Shown: positions 41,866-51,545 of the stretch, one piece after another | Layout of the letters: the number at the start of each line of letters is the position of its first letter | How positions within the stretch are numbered: the first letter of the stretch is position 1 | Assembly (NCBI GenBank): GCA_042408215.1 | Contig: JAYFMW010000005.1 | Coordinates: 256,001 to 320,000, forward strand | Source: Microcoleus sp. | GTDB lineage: Bacteria > Cyanobacteriota > Cyanobacteriia > Cyanobacteriales > Microcoleaceae | Length of the DNA: 64,000 bases | Direction of reading: 5' to 3' | The notes under the pieces: model-generated | Seen by the model: only the letters and a program-made list of their open reading frames with translations | Told to the model about the DNA's origin: nothing | Databases searched by the model: none | Translations under genes and position numbers: made by a program

Positions 41866-42108
41866 AGTCCTCCCTTGCGGGGTAATGTTTGCTTCGTCAA
41901 TGTTTAAGGTCGGTAACTATATTAAAAGCACTGGCTTAACCCTTACACCTGTTTAACTTTTAATTTCTAGAGCAGAAAACTAGCACGCATTTTCTGGTAG
42001 GTACTTTAACGCTTACCTTAAACGTAGTGGCGAACCACTGAGACTGGTCAACTTTGCTTTTTCAAGCCCCCACTAGATCGGTACTCCGATTAGTGGTGGG
42101 TGGTTGAC
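41866..42108 (-). ncRNA. IscB omegaRNA (HEARO-like) scaffold
   Basis: GTCAAC-CACCC..hairpin..GGGGCTTG..GTTGACCAG..CTACGTT..ATGCGTGCTAG..CTCT..TTAAACAG..CAGTG..AACATTGACGAAG..ATTACCC, directly upstream of iscB. Confidence 0.88.
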
Positions 42109-42118
42109 TCCTGAAAGA

Positions 42119-42230
42119 GTGACATCTCCTACACCAACCACAAGCTGTCACCATTGGTGTAGGCTTCGCAACCAATCCGGCTATCGCTTAGGAGGCGTTG
42201 CGCTTTAAGAACGGGATGACCCACCGCTCT
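42119..42230 (-). ncRNA. TnpB right end / omegaRNA (reRNA) scaffold
   Basis: GCGGTGGGTCATCCCG...GAAGCCTACACC..GGTGTAGGAGATGTCAC terminus, same architecture as the end at 23840. Confidence 0.7.
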
Positions 42231-43362
42231 ATTTTTTATATTTATTGCTCCATTGTGGTCACGGTCAAGACTACACCCACAATCAGGGTAATCGTGCCAT
42301 CTTTCCGGCAGTTGTTTAGGTACTTTCTCGCCACAATTAGAGCAATCTTGTGAAGTATTATAGGCCCTTACTGCGACTACCAACTTTCCCAGCATTTGCG
42401 GCTTTATTTGTTAGGATCGAGAGCAAGCTTGACCACCCAGCATCCAACACAGATTTAGCCAATCTGGTACGAGCAAGTCCTTTGACGTTTAACTCTTCAT
42501 GAGCAACTACGTCATATTTTGACAGCAGGTAATTAGCTGTCTTGAAATGGAAATCTTTCCTTTTATCGGCAACTTTCTTGTGTTTCCTACCAAGTTGTTT
42601 AACCGTTTTTTGCCTGCGGTTGCTTCCTTTTTTACGTCGTGAAACACGCTTTTGGATTACCCCTAGGCGTTTTTGTGCTTTACGGTAATATTGAGGAATA
42701 GCAACGGTTTCACCTTCAGAAGTTGTCAATAATTCCTTCAGCCCAACATCAATTCCAGTAATTTTATTTGGGTGAAAATCTGGCTGAATTTCAGGAACAG
42801 TTGAATCTTCCAAACTGAGAGTTGCATAGTACCCATCAGCTTTTTTGGTGATAGAAACGGTTTTGACTTTAAATCCATCAGGTATGGAGCGGTGTAAAAC
42901 AACCTTAACTTTCCCGAACATCTGTAAGTTAATCAGATTGCCTTGTAAGCACCCGTCCTCGATCTGAGGATAGGTAAAGGTGCGGTAACGACTGCGTGCT
43001 TTAAATCGAGGTCTACCGCTACGCTTTCCATTGCTATCACCTTTCAGGAAACGGTCAAAAGTTACCTTGACTCGTTTAACTACATCTTGGAGAACTTGAG
43101 AGTAAATCTCGGCATACCAAGGATGAGTTTTTTTGAGCTGAGGTAGCGTCTTTTTTTGGCTATAGTAATCTGGATTGTCTCGCAGTTCAGGCAAGTAACA
43201 AAGCAGAGGACAAGCATTAATAGGAGAACGGTTTTGTTCGTACCAGTTAAATCTATCCGCCAACACATAGTGATACTGAGCGCATAGCATCGACAGCCAT
43301 CTGTCAAGCTCAATCGCTTGTAACTTTGTTGGACGTAATCGATACTGATAAGAGGTTCTCAT
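42129..43362 (-). pseudogene. tnpB: TnpB nuclease with one frameshift near 42390
   Basis: [36 protein letters not shown]...LDRDHNGAINI continues in a second frame. Confidence 0.9.
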
Positions 43363-43390
43363 TGACCAGACCCTATGGTTCGTGCTATAA

Positions 43391-43852
43391 TTGACACTCC
43401 CCGGCATGAATGCGCGGGGATTCTTGGTTCACCGATACACCTTTAAATTGCCTATCCTTTCGGCATTACTTAAACCAAAAACCCGTTCAATAGAACTAAG
43501 TTTCGAGCCTAAGTTAGACAATCCCAGAGGGCTGATCTCCCCAAGCGATAGAGAGTTTCCTCTCTTGTTTCCCTGTGCCCCACGGTACGTTTAATATTCA
43601 AGATTTTAGTTTTCTGGTCTGGGTTACGTTAGTTACCCTAGCTATGTTTTTCGTGGTGTTCGCCACCCACTAACCATTATTATTTCCCGACCAGTCGTTT
43701 GAGCTTGGTGCGCACTGTGTATCGGCGGTTATTCTACCTGTAGTATTACTCTATTGTACCATACTGTTCAATTAATTTTCGGAAACCTTGAACCGGAAAT
43801 TTAGATCGTTAAAGCCGTCCTAAAAGGACGGGGCTTTAGACCTAATTTACTG
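43391..43852 (-). mobile_element. non-coding IS200/IS605 derivative (PATE-like) retaining both ends and an omegaRNA-like scaffold
   Basis: TTAC|CAGTAAATTAGGTCTAAAGCCCCGTCCTTTTAGGACGGCTT left end; GAATCCCCGCGCATTCATGCCGGGGAGTGTCAA right end; no long ORF. Confidence 0.82.
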
Positions 43853-44348
43853 GTAAGTTAACTCACTGTCAACCCACTGTCAACCCACTGTCAATGCCAT
43901 TTCAAAAAAACCATAAACTCGACCCAAAGAAACGGTTAAAACGCCATTGAGACAAGGAAATAATCGGATTCAAAGGCCTTGTCGGGCAAAAATAGAAAAT
44001 TAAAACTGTTCCTGACTGGCAAGAACGTCTCAGGGAATTTGTCGATAAATTACGCTCAATGTACCGCATTTCGACTAGGCTCAATGCACCACATTTCGAC
44101 TAGGCTCAATGCACCGCCTCATCATCGTGAACAACTATGAGTCATTTTAGAAAAGTATTTGCCTATTTAGTCAAGCTCCACCCTTAAGGGTTTGACAGTA
44201 GCCACTCTATTTCTAATATTATATCCTAGAATCTTGCGAGCGCTGGTTTTTTTTTCGCTAACCCACCCAAATTAATGATTCTGGGTGGGGAATGGGGCCC
44301 GCGATGTAGTTCTCAATTTCCCATAATCCCTCAGACTTTTACACTTTT

Positions 44349-45059
44349 TTACACTAGGAGGCGCTCCAGGGCGTGCAGGTCAGGAATGCACAGAACGTCA
44401 CGATCGCGCTGAATACTTCCTTTTTTTTCCAGCTTGCTGAGCACCCGCGTGACGGTTTCCCGAGCTAGCCCGCTGAGGCTGCTCAATTCTCGGTGTGGCA
44501 AGTTGGGAATTTCTGTACCTCCTGTTGACATAATTTTGCCTTGCCCCTCGGCCAAAAACAAGAGAATATCTGCTACTCGCGAGGTGCTATCCGACTCTCG
44601 CAAGCGCAGGCGACGGTTGACTTGCCGCAGCCGACGGGCCATCAGTTGAGCCAGCCGAATGCCTGCGAGGGGCTCGGTGTGAATTAGCTGTACAAAATCT
44701 TGAGATGGCATATTGCCGATCAGCGTCGGAGCTAGGGTGATGACATCTGTCGATCGCGGTGCTTCTTCGATCGCAGCCATTTCGCCAAACAGTTCTCCTT
44801 TGCCCAAAATATTGAGCGTTACTTCTTTTCCATCTAGGTTGTAGGTGCGAATTTTCACCCAACCGTCCAATATGAAATACACTGATGTTCCCCAGTCATT
44901 TTCCAGCAAAATCACTTGATTTGGCGGATGGCTGCGGGTAACGATGTGGACAGTCGCTCTCTCGATTACAGGAGCGGGCAAGCCCGCAAAAAAAGGAGTA
45001 GATACTATCAATTGATTTATATTGGAATTCGGATCTCGGGTGTTAAAGCGGTCTTCCAT
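44349..45059 (-). CDS. Crp/Fnr family transcriptional regulator
   Basis: LFGEMA..PRSTDV cNMP domain; LARETVTRVL HTH. Confidence 0.93.
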   Translation of the reverse strand: MEDRFNTRDPNSNINQLIVSTPFFAGLPAPVIERATVHIVTRSHPPNQVILLENDWGTSVYFILDGWVKIRTYNLDGKEVTLNILGKGELFGEMAAIEEAPRSTDVITLAPTLIGNMPSQDFVQLIHTEPLAGIRLAQLMARRLRQVNRRLRLRESDSTSRVADILLFLAEGQGKIMSTGGTEIPNLPHRELSSLSGLARETVTRVLSKLEKKGSIQRDRDVLCIPDLHALERLLV

Positions 45060-45989
45060 GAGGCCATCATTTTAATTTATGCGCTGGTGCTGCGCTGGGC
45101 AGTTAGAAATAGCTTGCAGCCGAGTCATTGAATTTGAGATTTGAGAAACAAGGAGCTCAAATCGGCAATTTTACCTCTCAAGTTTTGCGGTCAAAGGTCG
45201 AGTCAGGGAATTAATAGCCTAAAGCTGTGATTGCGAGCTATAAACCAAAGATTATACCATAAAATTTGCTCTCCACACCAGCGATCGAAGTCAGAGTGAG
45301 AAACTGCGATCGGCGTGGTCAGGGATGAGCTACAGCTACTGGAGGCGAAGTTTTCCAGAAACCGCTCCTAGCGACCCCACATCATTGTACCATTAATGTC
45401 TACCCATAAATAAAGCTCACAAGCCATGATTAAGGCTGAGTAGAGGTCAAAAACCCACCGCGAACCCCTTCGGGTCGAGTTGGGGCTTGAACAAAAGTCG
45501 TGGTATAGTTGAGCGGATTTCGCTCCCGCGTCCTTGACCAGATTGCTTGGGGTAGGAGAGGAGTCGGCAGAGATGGACTAAATGGCCCAAAAAATTACTA
45601 AACTTAGTCATACTTAACTTGACTGATTAACATTGTGGGCAGTATGATTACACCAATGCCTAAAAAAGGCTTAATTATCTGGTTTGTAAACCACAGTTTT
45701 GTCAAAACTGACCAGCCTGTAAAAAGGTCGAACGGGAGTCCGCGTTTCGTTAAATTGGTTGAAAATAGTGGATGACTCATGGCTAAAAGCTTCAACTAAG
45801 ATTAATTAAATTAGGGCGATGCTCCACCCGAATTAACGCCTGTGGACAAGAATGAGCCGACTCCCTTGGATGAAACAGGAAGCAGACCCTTCAGAAGTAA
45901 TTCTGATTGAATGGTGAGACTTAAATAAGTTTAGCCAAGTTTTGTATAGCAGACAGTTATGGATAGGTTCTAGACAGCAGGTTCCGCCC

Positions 45990-48900
45990 TTGAATTCTCA
46001 GAATAAGTACAAAATTCAAGCACTGATTGCTGAGATTGACGAGGTACTCAGCAAGCCCGTACCCCGGTTTCCTTGGACGGGTTCGATGGATACTGTCCAT
46101 CAGCGTCAGCTTTTAGAGCGTGTTCGCACCTATCTGGTTTCGCCAGACTCAAAGCTAGTGGCCGACAAAGAACTTTCAAGCAGCCCAAGATTCCGCCCGG
46201 AAGTAGTGGGAGGAACGGAATCGACAGTGGCTACTAACCAGCAAGCGGTAGACCAAATCTTGCTGGCCGTAACCGGAGAAATCAGCCACCTGCGATCGGA
46301 GCTGATGCAGCCTCTCCAGGAAGATATACAAGCTCTAATGCAGGAGCAAGAAGCTCTAGTTCAAGAAATTCAACAGTTGGAAGCAAAACGGCAGCAGCAA
46401 CAATCCTTAGCTCAGCAACAAGCAAACCAACAGCAAATCATTGCGGAATTTTTGCAGGCGTTGACGCTCAGCTTGCAAGAAACTCTCGCTCGCGGTGTAT
46501 TCCGCCCAAGTGTGGAAAATCAGTGGTTACGGGGCGCTCAGGCGACCGATCGGGATCGGGGATCGGACTCGTCCCGACTTGAGCCGAGCCAACAAACCAA
46601 GGGAGAACCGGGGGAGATGACGGGGACCGAGGAGATTGACAGGAAGTTGCAACTGTTCGAAGCTAATGTCGATCGCCTGATGACGAGGCTGGATTCGACA
46701 ATGAGTATTGTGTTCGAGACCTTGGAAGCAAATCTGCAAAGTTATCAAGAATCCTTGAGCCAGGGAATCGAAAAAATGCACGGCTTGGACCAGCAGAGCG
46801 AGGTGATGTTCACGGCTTTGGTCAACCACTTGGCTGCACAGTTGGGGCGAGAAGCTTCTTCCTATTTGCAGCAGCCTTTCGACTTGTCCACTGCAAAGAG
46901 TGAAACCTCAACCGCAGTCGAACGCACCCCAGCCAGTCCGCTGCTCCCAAATCCGGCAGAATCTGAGTCAACACTTCGACTACGCTCTGTTACCGCCGCA
47001 GAGACTCCAATTCCAAATGCGCTCGTGGAAAGTGAAAATCTCCCCAGGAGTCAATTTGGAGAACAAGAAAGACTCCCCTACGCCGGTACAGAAATGTCTC
47101 CGCAATTCGGACAGTTGAGGCGCGAGCGCGACCGGAATCAATTGCCGATCTCGCTGCCAGATTTGGAAGAAAATTTGTTCGGTGATGAGTCTTTGGACTC
47201 ACGAGCCACAACTGGGTTCCCAGGGGCTGAGTCGGAAGTTCAGTTGGCCCAAACCGGTGAAGATGTTGAGGATTTATACGCGAGTTTGTTCACGGGAGAG
47301 GAAGTCGCTGAACTAGAACTCGAAGACTTCACCATCGAAAATACCGAAAATGCAGTCTCCAGAGAATTGGTGCAATCTCAAATTCCTCCAGAATATGACA
47401 ATTCTGAACCCTTAATTGCTGCGGTCGATTTGTTGGCAAATCTGCTGGATGAAGACGAGTCCGTAGAAGAGTTTCTAGGGCGTGAAAATTCAGACTTCGT
47501 AGCAGCTCATTACGTAGAGGATATAACTTTAGATACAGAAGATTTATTTGCTCCAGAAGTTGCGGGATTACCTCAGTTGTCAGCACCATTAGCCTCAACA
47601 TCGGAGCCACAACTAGACCTCGAAGAGCCAAAAAATCAAGAAATAGCGCCCAACCAGGCTGAACTAGACAGTGCTGCTGCCCATAAAACCAGACCTTTGC
47701 CCCCACCGCCGCCGCCGCCCGCTTTCAGAACGACGCCAGAAACTACCTCGAAGCTCCCCGCTGCTGCGCCCGGAGTGGCCAGTGTTGGGGATGTTCAAGC
47801 AGGCGAGTTAGGGGCGGTGGCCGAGCGACTAGATGATGCTTACATCCAAGCTTCGCCGGACGAAGATTTACTGCCTTCTGCTCGCTCAGAGGATAGCCTC
47901 GATCGAACTCTAAATTTGGACAACAATACTCTGCAACAGTTGGAGGCAGACCTCTACAGTATGGAGGGAGCGGAAAATCAGATCGAGAGGCGATCGCCAC
48001 CCTCAGCGGCCCTAAACTCCCAACAGTTGGTCGATTACCCAGACGGGAATGCAGAAACACCGCCCGACGATCGCCATAACGGGCAGGCTGCGGAAGAACT
48101 CGCCACCCTGGATGATTTGTTTGCTCATGTGTTAGAAGTCTCATCAGACGAAGATGAAACTTTGAGTTGGGAAGAGGAACTCGATGCTGAGTTGTTTTCA
48201 TCCAGCGAAGGATCAAGCCTCAGCCTAGACGAGATTTTGGTGAGTTTGACTCAGACAGAGCTCCCTCCCATGAATTCTCCAAATCAAGAGTCAGAAACCG
48301 CAGAGGAAACAAACGCACCGCAGTCAAATTCTGGGGAAATTCAAAAAAAAAACCTAATTTCGATAGAGACTAAAGCAGAAGTTATTCAGGGGAAAAACGA
48401 GTTAGCAGTTCCTCCGCAACCAGATGCCGATGGTGTCGCAGCGGTTTTATTGATGGGGAAAACTCTGACGAATGACGAAGGCCGATCGCCCTCTTTATTC
48501 TCTACAGCTCACCCCCAGGAACTAAGGAGATCTAACTGGTATTTGGGCATAGATTTGGGTTCAACAGGGCTTTCAGCAGCATTGCTCGATCGCACAACCC
48601 GCCAGGTGTATCCGATTTATTGGGAGGCAAGACGGGCTTTTGGCGCACCGCAGGATGGAGATTCTGAGGCCTGTCGCAGTTGTCGGATTCCGTCGGTAGC
48701 GGTTCTGGAAGACTCAGCTAATTCCAGTGACTCCCGACAAGCAGCAACAACTGCTGGGCAGTTTTTACTGCAAAATTTTAAGTTGCTGTTAAAGGTTGGG
48801 ATTCCCGATCGCGATGAGGTGACTGGGATCTACGAGCCGGTGTTTCAATTGTCCCAGGATCGGGCTGTGTCGATCGCCTTGCCGCTGCAAGGTTTGCGGG

Positions 48901-50483
48901 CGCTGCTGGCTACATTGGCTGGTTCTGTCAAGAGCAGTATTCAGCCGCCAACGGACGCGGATTCTGCAACCACAGGGCATCAGGAAGGGTTGCTAGTTCC
49001 TAATTTAGTCTGTAGAGCTTGCGGTTTCGCGGATCAGTCTTCTCTTGATGCGGCGCTGGAAGACTTACAGGGCGTAATTTTGGGCAGTCCCGCCCATTGG
49101 TCCGATGCTTATCGGTTTAATCTGCGCGAGGCGGTTTTGGGTGCGGGTTTGGTGGGGGATAGTTCGCAAATTTTTGTGGTGGAAGATGCGATCGCCACTT
49201 TGCTTTCGGCTGTGACTTCTGTGACGAATCTTAATTTAACACCGGGGCGATCGCGCGCTTCGACGGAGTTTACCCTGAGTCCTGAGCTATGCGTTGGATC
49301 TGAAGGGCTCAGGGACCAGCATCAGGCGCTTGACGAACAATCTTTGAGCGGGGGCACTCTAATTCTGAATGCGGGTGCGGCGACAGTGGAATTAGCATTA
49401 GTTGACTTGCCGGAAAATATGCAAGATTTAACCTATGCTGATTTTACTTGCCAAAGTTTTGCTTATGCAGGCAATGCCTTCGATCAGGATATCATCTGTC
49501 AGTTGCTGGCGAGTATGTTATCAAAGAGTGAAACTTTTGGAATGTCGATCGAATTGCCGCGTCCGGGACATCCAGATTTACCAAGTCGCTATCAATTACA
49601 GCAACGGTTGCAGAGTTCGGATTTGGGTCTGCAATTGTTGGAAGCAGCGAGACATTTGAAAGTGATTTTGCAACATCAAGAAAGCTTTGTTTTGGAACTT
49701 GGTCAGCAGCGCCTGGAAGTGAAGCGACGGGATTTGGAAAATCAGGTTTTGGTACCTTTTGTGCAGCAGTTGAACCGCGAATTGAATGCATTGCTAAGCC
49801 GTGTGAGAATGTCGCCGGTGGCGATAAATCAGGTTATTTGTACGGGGGGAATGGGCTCTTGGCCCTCCTTGGCCGGCTGGTTGCGACAGAAACTTCCCAA
49901 TGCGCGAGTGATTCAAGACCAAGAATTGGATGCAGCGGGAGAGGTTTCTCCTGTGCCGAATGCTGGATTGAAAAGCACAGATTTTAATTTAAAATTCTGT
50001 CGAGTGGCTTGTGGTTTGGCGAGTTTGGCTCTCTATCCTCAAATTTTAGATGTGCCGCGGCAGCAGTACAGCGACTTTTTCCTGCTGTGGGAATTAATGC
50101 AGGTTCTCGGAGAGGAAACTTTGAGCTTTGAGGAAATTGTGCAGTTATTGGAGCGCCAGGGTGTTAATACCCGCACCTGCGAACCCCGGCTGCTGGGGAT
50201 TTTGGAGGGGAGATTGCCGGCTGGACTTTTACCGACTGAGGAAGATTTAATGCTGCTGACGGAGGAGTCGAGGCAAAATCCCTATTGGGAGGCAATTTCC
50301 GCTGCGCCGCTTTTCTTTAGTATGTTTTCAAAGAGTGTCGATCGAGGTTTTCGATTGAATGTCGAACACGCTTCTATTGTCCGCGAATATTTAAGCAAAC
50401 TCGCCTCTAGCAGCCAGCAGTATGTTGTCAAAGAGTTGTTGGAACCGCTGACGATTGCTTGGGATGTTCGCAGCGATATTTAA
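45990..50483 (+). CDS. large protein: coiled-coil, acidic disordered region and C-terminal actin/Hsp70-like ATPase fold
   Basis: WYLGIDLGSTGLSA, P..WSDAYRFNLREA, VEDAIA, ILNAGA, YAGNAFDQDI, VICTGG; start uncertain (45942 or 45990). Confidence 0.8.
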   Translation: MNSQNKYKIQALIAEIDEVLSKPVPRFPWTGSMDTVHQRQLLERVRTYLVSPDSKLVADKELSSSPRFRPEVVGGTESTVATNQQAVDQILLAVTGEISHLRSELMQPLQEDIQALMQEQEALVQEIQQLEAKRQQQQSLAQQQANQQQIIAEFLQALTLSLQETLARGVFRPSVENQWLRGAQATDRDRGSDSSRLEPSQQTKGEPGEMTGTEEIDRKLQLFEANVDRLMTRLDSTMSIVFETLEANLQSYQESLSQGIEKMHGLDQQSEVMFTALVNHLAAQLGREASSYLQQPFDLSTAKSETSTAVERTPASPLLPNPAESESTLRLRSVTAAETPIPNALVESENLPRSQFGEQERLPYAGTEMSPQFGQLRRERDRNQLPISLPDLEENLFGDESLDSRATTGFPGAESEVQLAQTGEDVEDLYASLFTGEEVAELELEDFTIENTENAVSRELVQSQIPPEYDNSEPLIAAVDLLANLLDEDESVEEFLGRENSDFVAAHYVEDITLDTEDLFAPEVAGLPQLSAPLASTSEPQLDLEEPKNQEIAPNQAELDSAAAHKTRPLPPPPPPPAFRTTPETTSKLPAAAPGVASVGDVQAGELGAVAERLDDAYIQASPDEDLLPSARSEDSLDRTLNLDNNTLQQLEADLYSMEGAENQIERRSPPSAALNSQQLVDYPDGNAETPPDDRHNGQAAEELATLDDLFAHVLEVSSDEDETLSWEEELDAELFSSSEGSSLSLDEILVSLTQTELPPMNSPNQESETAEETNAPQSNSGEIQKKNLISIETKAEVIQGKNELAVPPQPDADGVAAVLLMGKTLTNDEGRSPSLFSTAHPQELRRSNWYLGIDLGSTGLSAALLDRTTRQVYPIYWEARRAFGAPQDGDSEACRSCRIPSVAVLEDSANSSDSRQAATTAGQFLLQNFKLLLKVGIPDRDEVTGIYEPVFQLSQDRAVSIALPLQGLRALLATLAGSVKSSIQPPTDADSATTGHQEGLLVPNLVCRACGFADQSSLDAALEDLQGVILGSPAHWSDAYRFNLREAVLGAGLVGDSSQIFVVEDAIATLLSAVTSVTNLNLTPGRSRASTEFTLSPELCVGSEGLRDQHQALDEQSLSGGTLILNAGAATVELALVDLPENMQDLTYADFTCQSFAYAGNAFDQDIICQLLASMLSKSETFGMSIELPRPGHPDLPSRYQLQQRLQSSDLGLQLLEAARHLKVILQHQESFVLELGQQRLEVKRRDLENQVLVPFVQQLNRELNALLSRVRMSPVAINQVICTGGMGSWPSLAGWLRQKLPNARVIQDQELDAAGEVSPVPNAGLKSTDFNLKFCRVACGLASLALYPQILDVPRQQYSDFFLLWELMQVLGEETLSFEEIVQLLERQGVNTRTCEPRLLGILEGRLPAGLLPTEEDLMLLTEESRQNPYWEAISAAPLFFSMFSKSVDRGFRLNVEHASIVREYLSKLASSSQQYVVKELLEPLTIAWDVRSDI

Positions 50484-50488
50484 AGGCT

Positions 50489-50615
50489 CTTCTTCCTTCT
50501 TCCTTCTTCCTTCTTCCTTCTTCCTTCTTCCTTCTTCCTTCTTCCTTCTTCCTTCCCAGCGTTACATCCGTTACATCCGTTACATCCGTTACAGAATCCG
50601 TTGCCGAACTTCCTT
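50489..50615. repeat. (TTCCTTC)n plus (GTTACATCC)n dispersed repeat
   Basis: Direct reading; relatives at 25265-25345 and 53440-53515. Confidence 0.9.
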
Positions 50616-50622
50616 CTAATTT

Positions 50623-51141
50623 ATGAATTTGCCGAATTTGATTACTTTTTCTCGCTTGCTGGGAGTGCCTTTTCTGCTCTACGGTTTGTACGATCCAAGC
50701 GTGCAAAGTCGCTGGATTTGTGTGGCTATTTTTGTGGTGGCTGCGGCTACTGATTGGCTGGATGGCTATTTGGCTAGGAAGCTCAATCAAATTACGGATT
50801 TGGGGAAGTTTCTCGATCCTTTGGTGGATAAATTGTTAGTTTTAGCCCCGCTTTTAGTGTTGATTGAGTTGGGTAAAGTTCCTGCTTGGGGGGTGTTTTT
50901 GATTTTGGGTAGGGAGTTGACAATTGCGGGGTGGCGTGTTAATAAAACTAAAATTTCTGGTGCTAATATTTGGGGGAAGTTGAAGACGGTAAGTCAGATT
51001 GTGGCGATCGCACTTTTAATCGCTCCTCTCTCTGAAGCTTGGGATATTCCTGCACTAATTGCTTTTTGGATTTCTGTGGCTTTAACTTTGATTTCTGGAC
51101 TGATTTATCTCTGGCCGTCCAAGGTAGCCGATGAAAAGTAA
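50623..51141 (+). CDS. pgsA: CDP-diacylglycerol--glycerol-3-phosphate 3-phosphatidyltransferase
   Basis: MNLPNLIT..R, TDWLDGYLAR...GKFLDPLVDK, GKLKT. Confidence 0.95.
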   Translation: MNLPNLITFSRLLGVPFLLYGLYDPSVQSRWICVAIFVVAAATDWLDGYLARKLNQITDLGKFLDPLVDKLLVLAPLLVLIELGKVPAWGVFLILGRELTIAGWRVNKTKISGANIWGKLKTVSQIVAIALLIAPLSEAWDIPALIAFWISVALTLISGLIYLWPSKVADEK

Positions 51142-51312
51142 GCTACCTCCTTGATTACTGGTTCCAGGAATAGTTAATCTGTAGGGTGCGTCGCTACGAG
51201 ATATTGGATATAAATTGCAGATTGACCGATGGCGACGCACCGACGCTTGCCAGAAGATTATGTGTGCCACATATACATGGAATATGCTGTATTTGTAGGG
51301 ACTCCAAGATCC

Positions 51313-51520
51313 CATAGGTGTCAACTTAACGTTAAACCCAGTCACAGATTGCTGTTTGACCATTAAGCCTAGATCCCCCCTAACCCCCCTTAAGAAGGGG
51401 AGTAGGGGGTGGGACAGGAAGCCTCTTTAAGTCCCCCTTCTTAAGGGGGATTTAGGGGGATCTAGACTCAGCTAAAAACGAGATTTCTCAGGGCTTTCAG
51501 GCTTAAGTTGACACTCCTTG
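51313..51520. mobile_element. MITE of the GGTGTCAACTTAA family
   Basis: CATAGGTGTCAACTTAA...TTAAGTTGACAC termini, homologous to 2173-2370. Confidence 0.85.
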
Positions 51521-51545
51521 GGCACTGCCCTGTCCTAGCCGTAGC

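Larger units (their letters stand above)
40519..42108 (-). mobile_element. IS200/IS605-family iscB element (no tnpA)
   Basis: Flanked by TTCAT (40514-40518, i.e. ATGAA on the gene strand) with a subterminal hairpin, and by GTCAAC at the omegaRNA end. Confidence 0.8.

Noticed and set aside
43363..43407. N-terminal extension of TnpB (MPGSVNYS...)
   Set aside because: Derived from the right end of the inserted mini-element; the family-like start is MRTSYQYRL at 43362
44063..44118. 25-bp tandem catttcgactaggctcaatgcacc as a mini-CRISPR
   Set aside because: Copies are contiguous with no spacers and belong to a dispersed repeat also seen at about 36516
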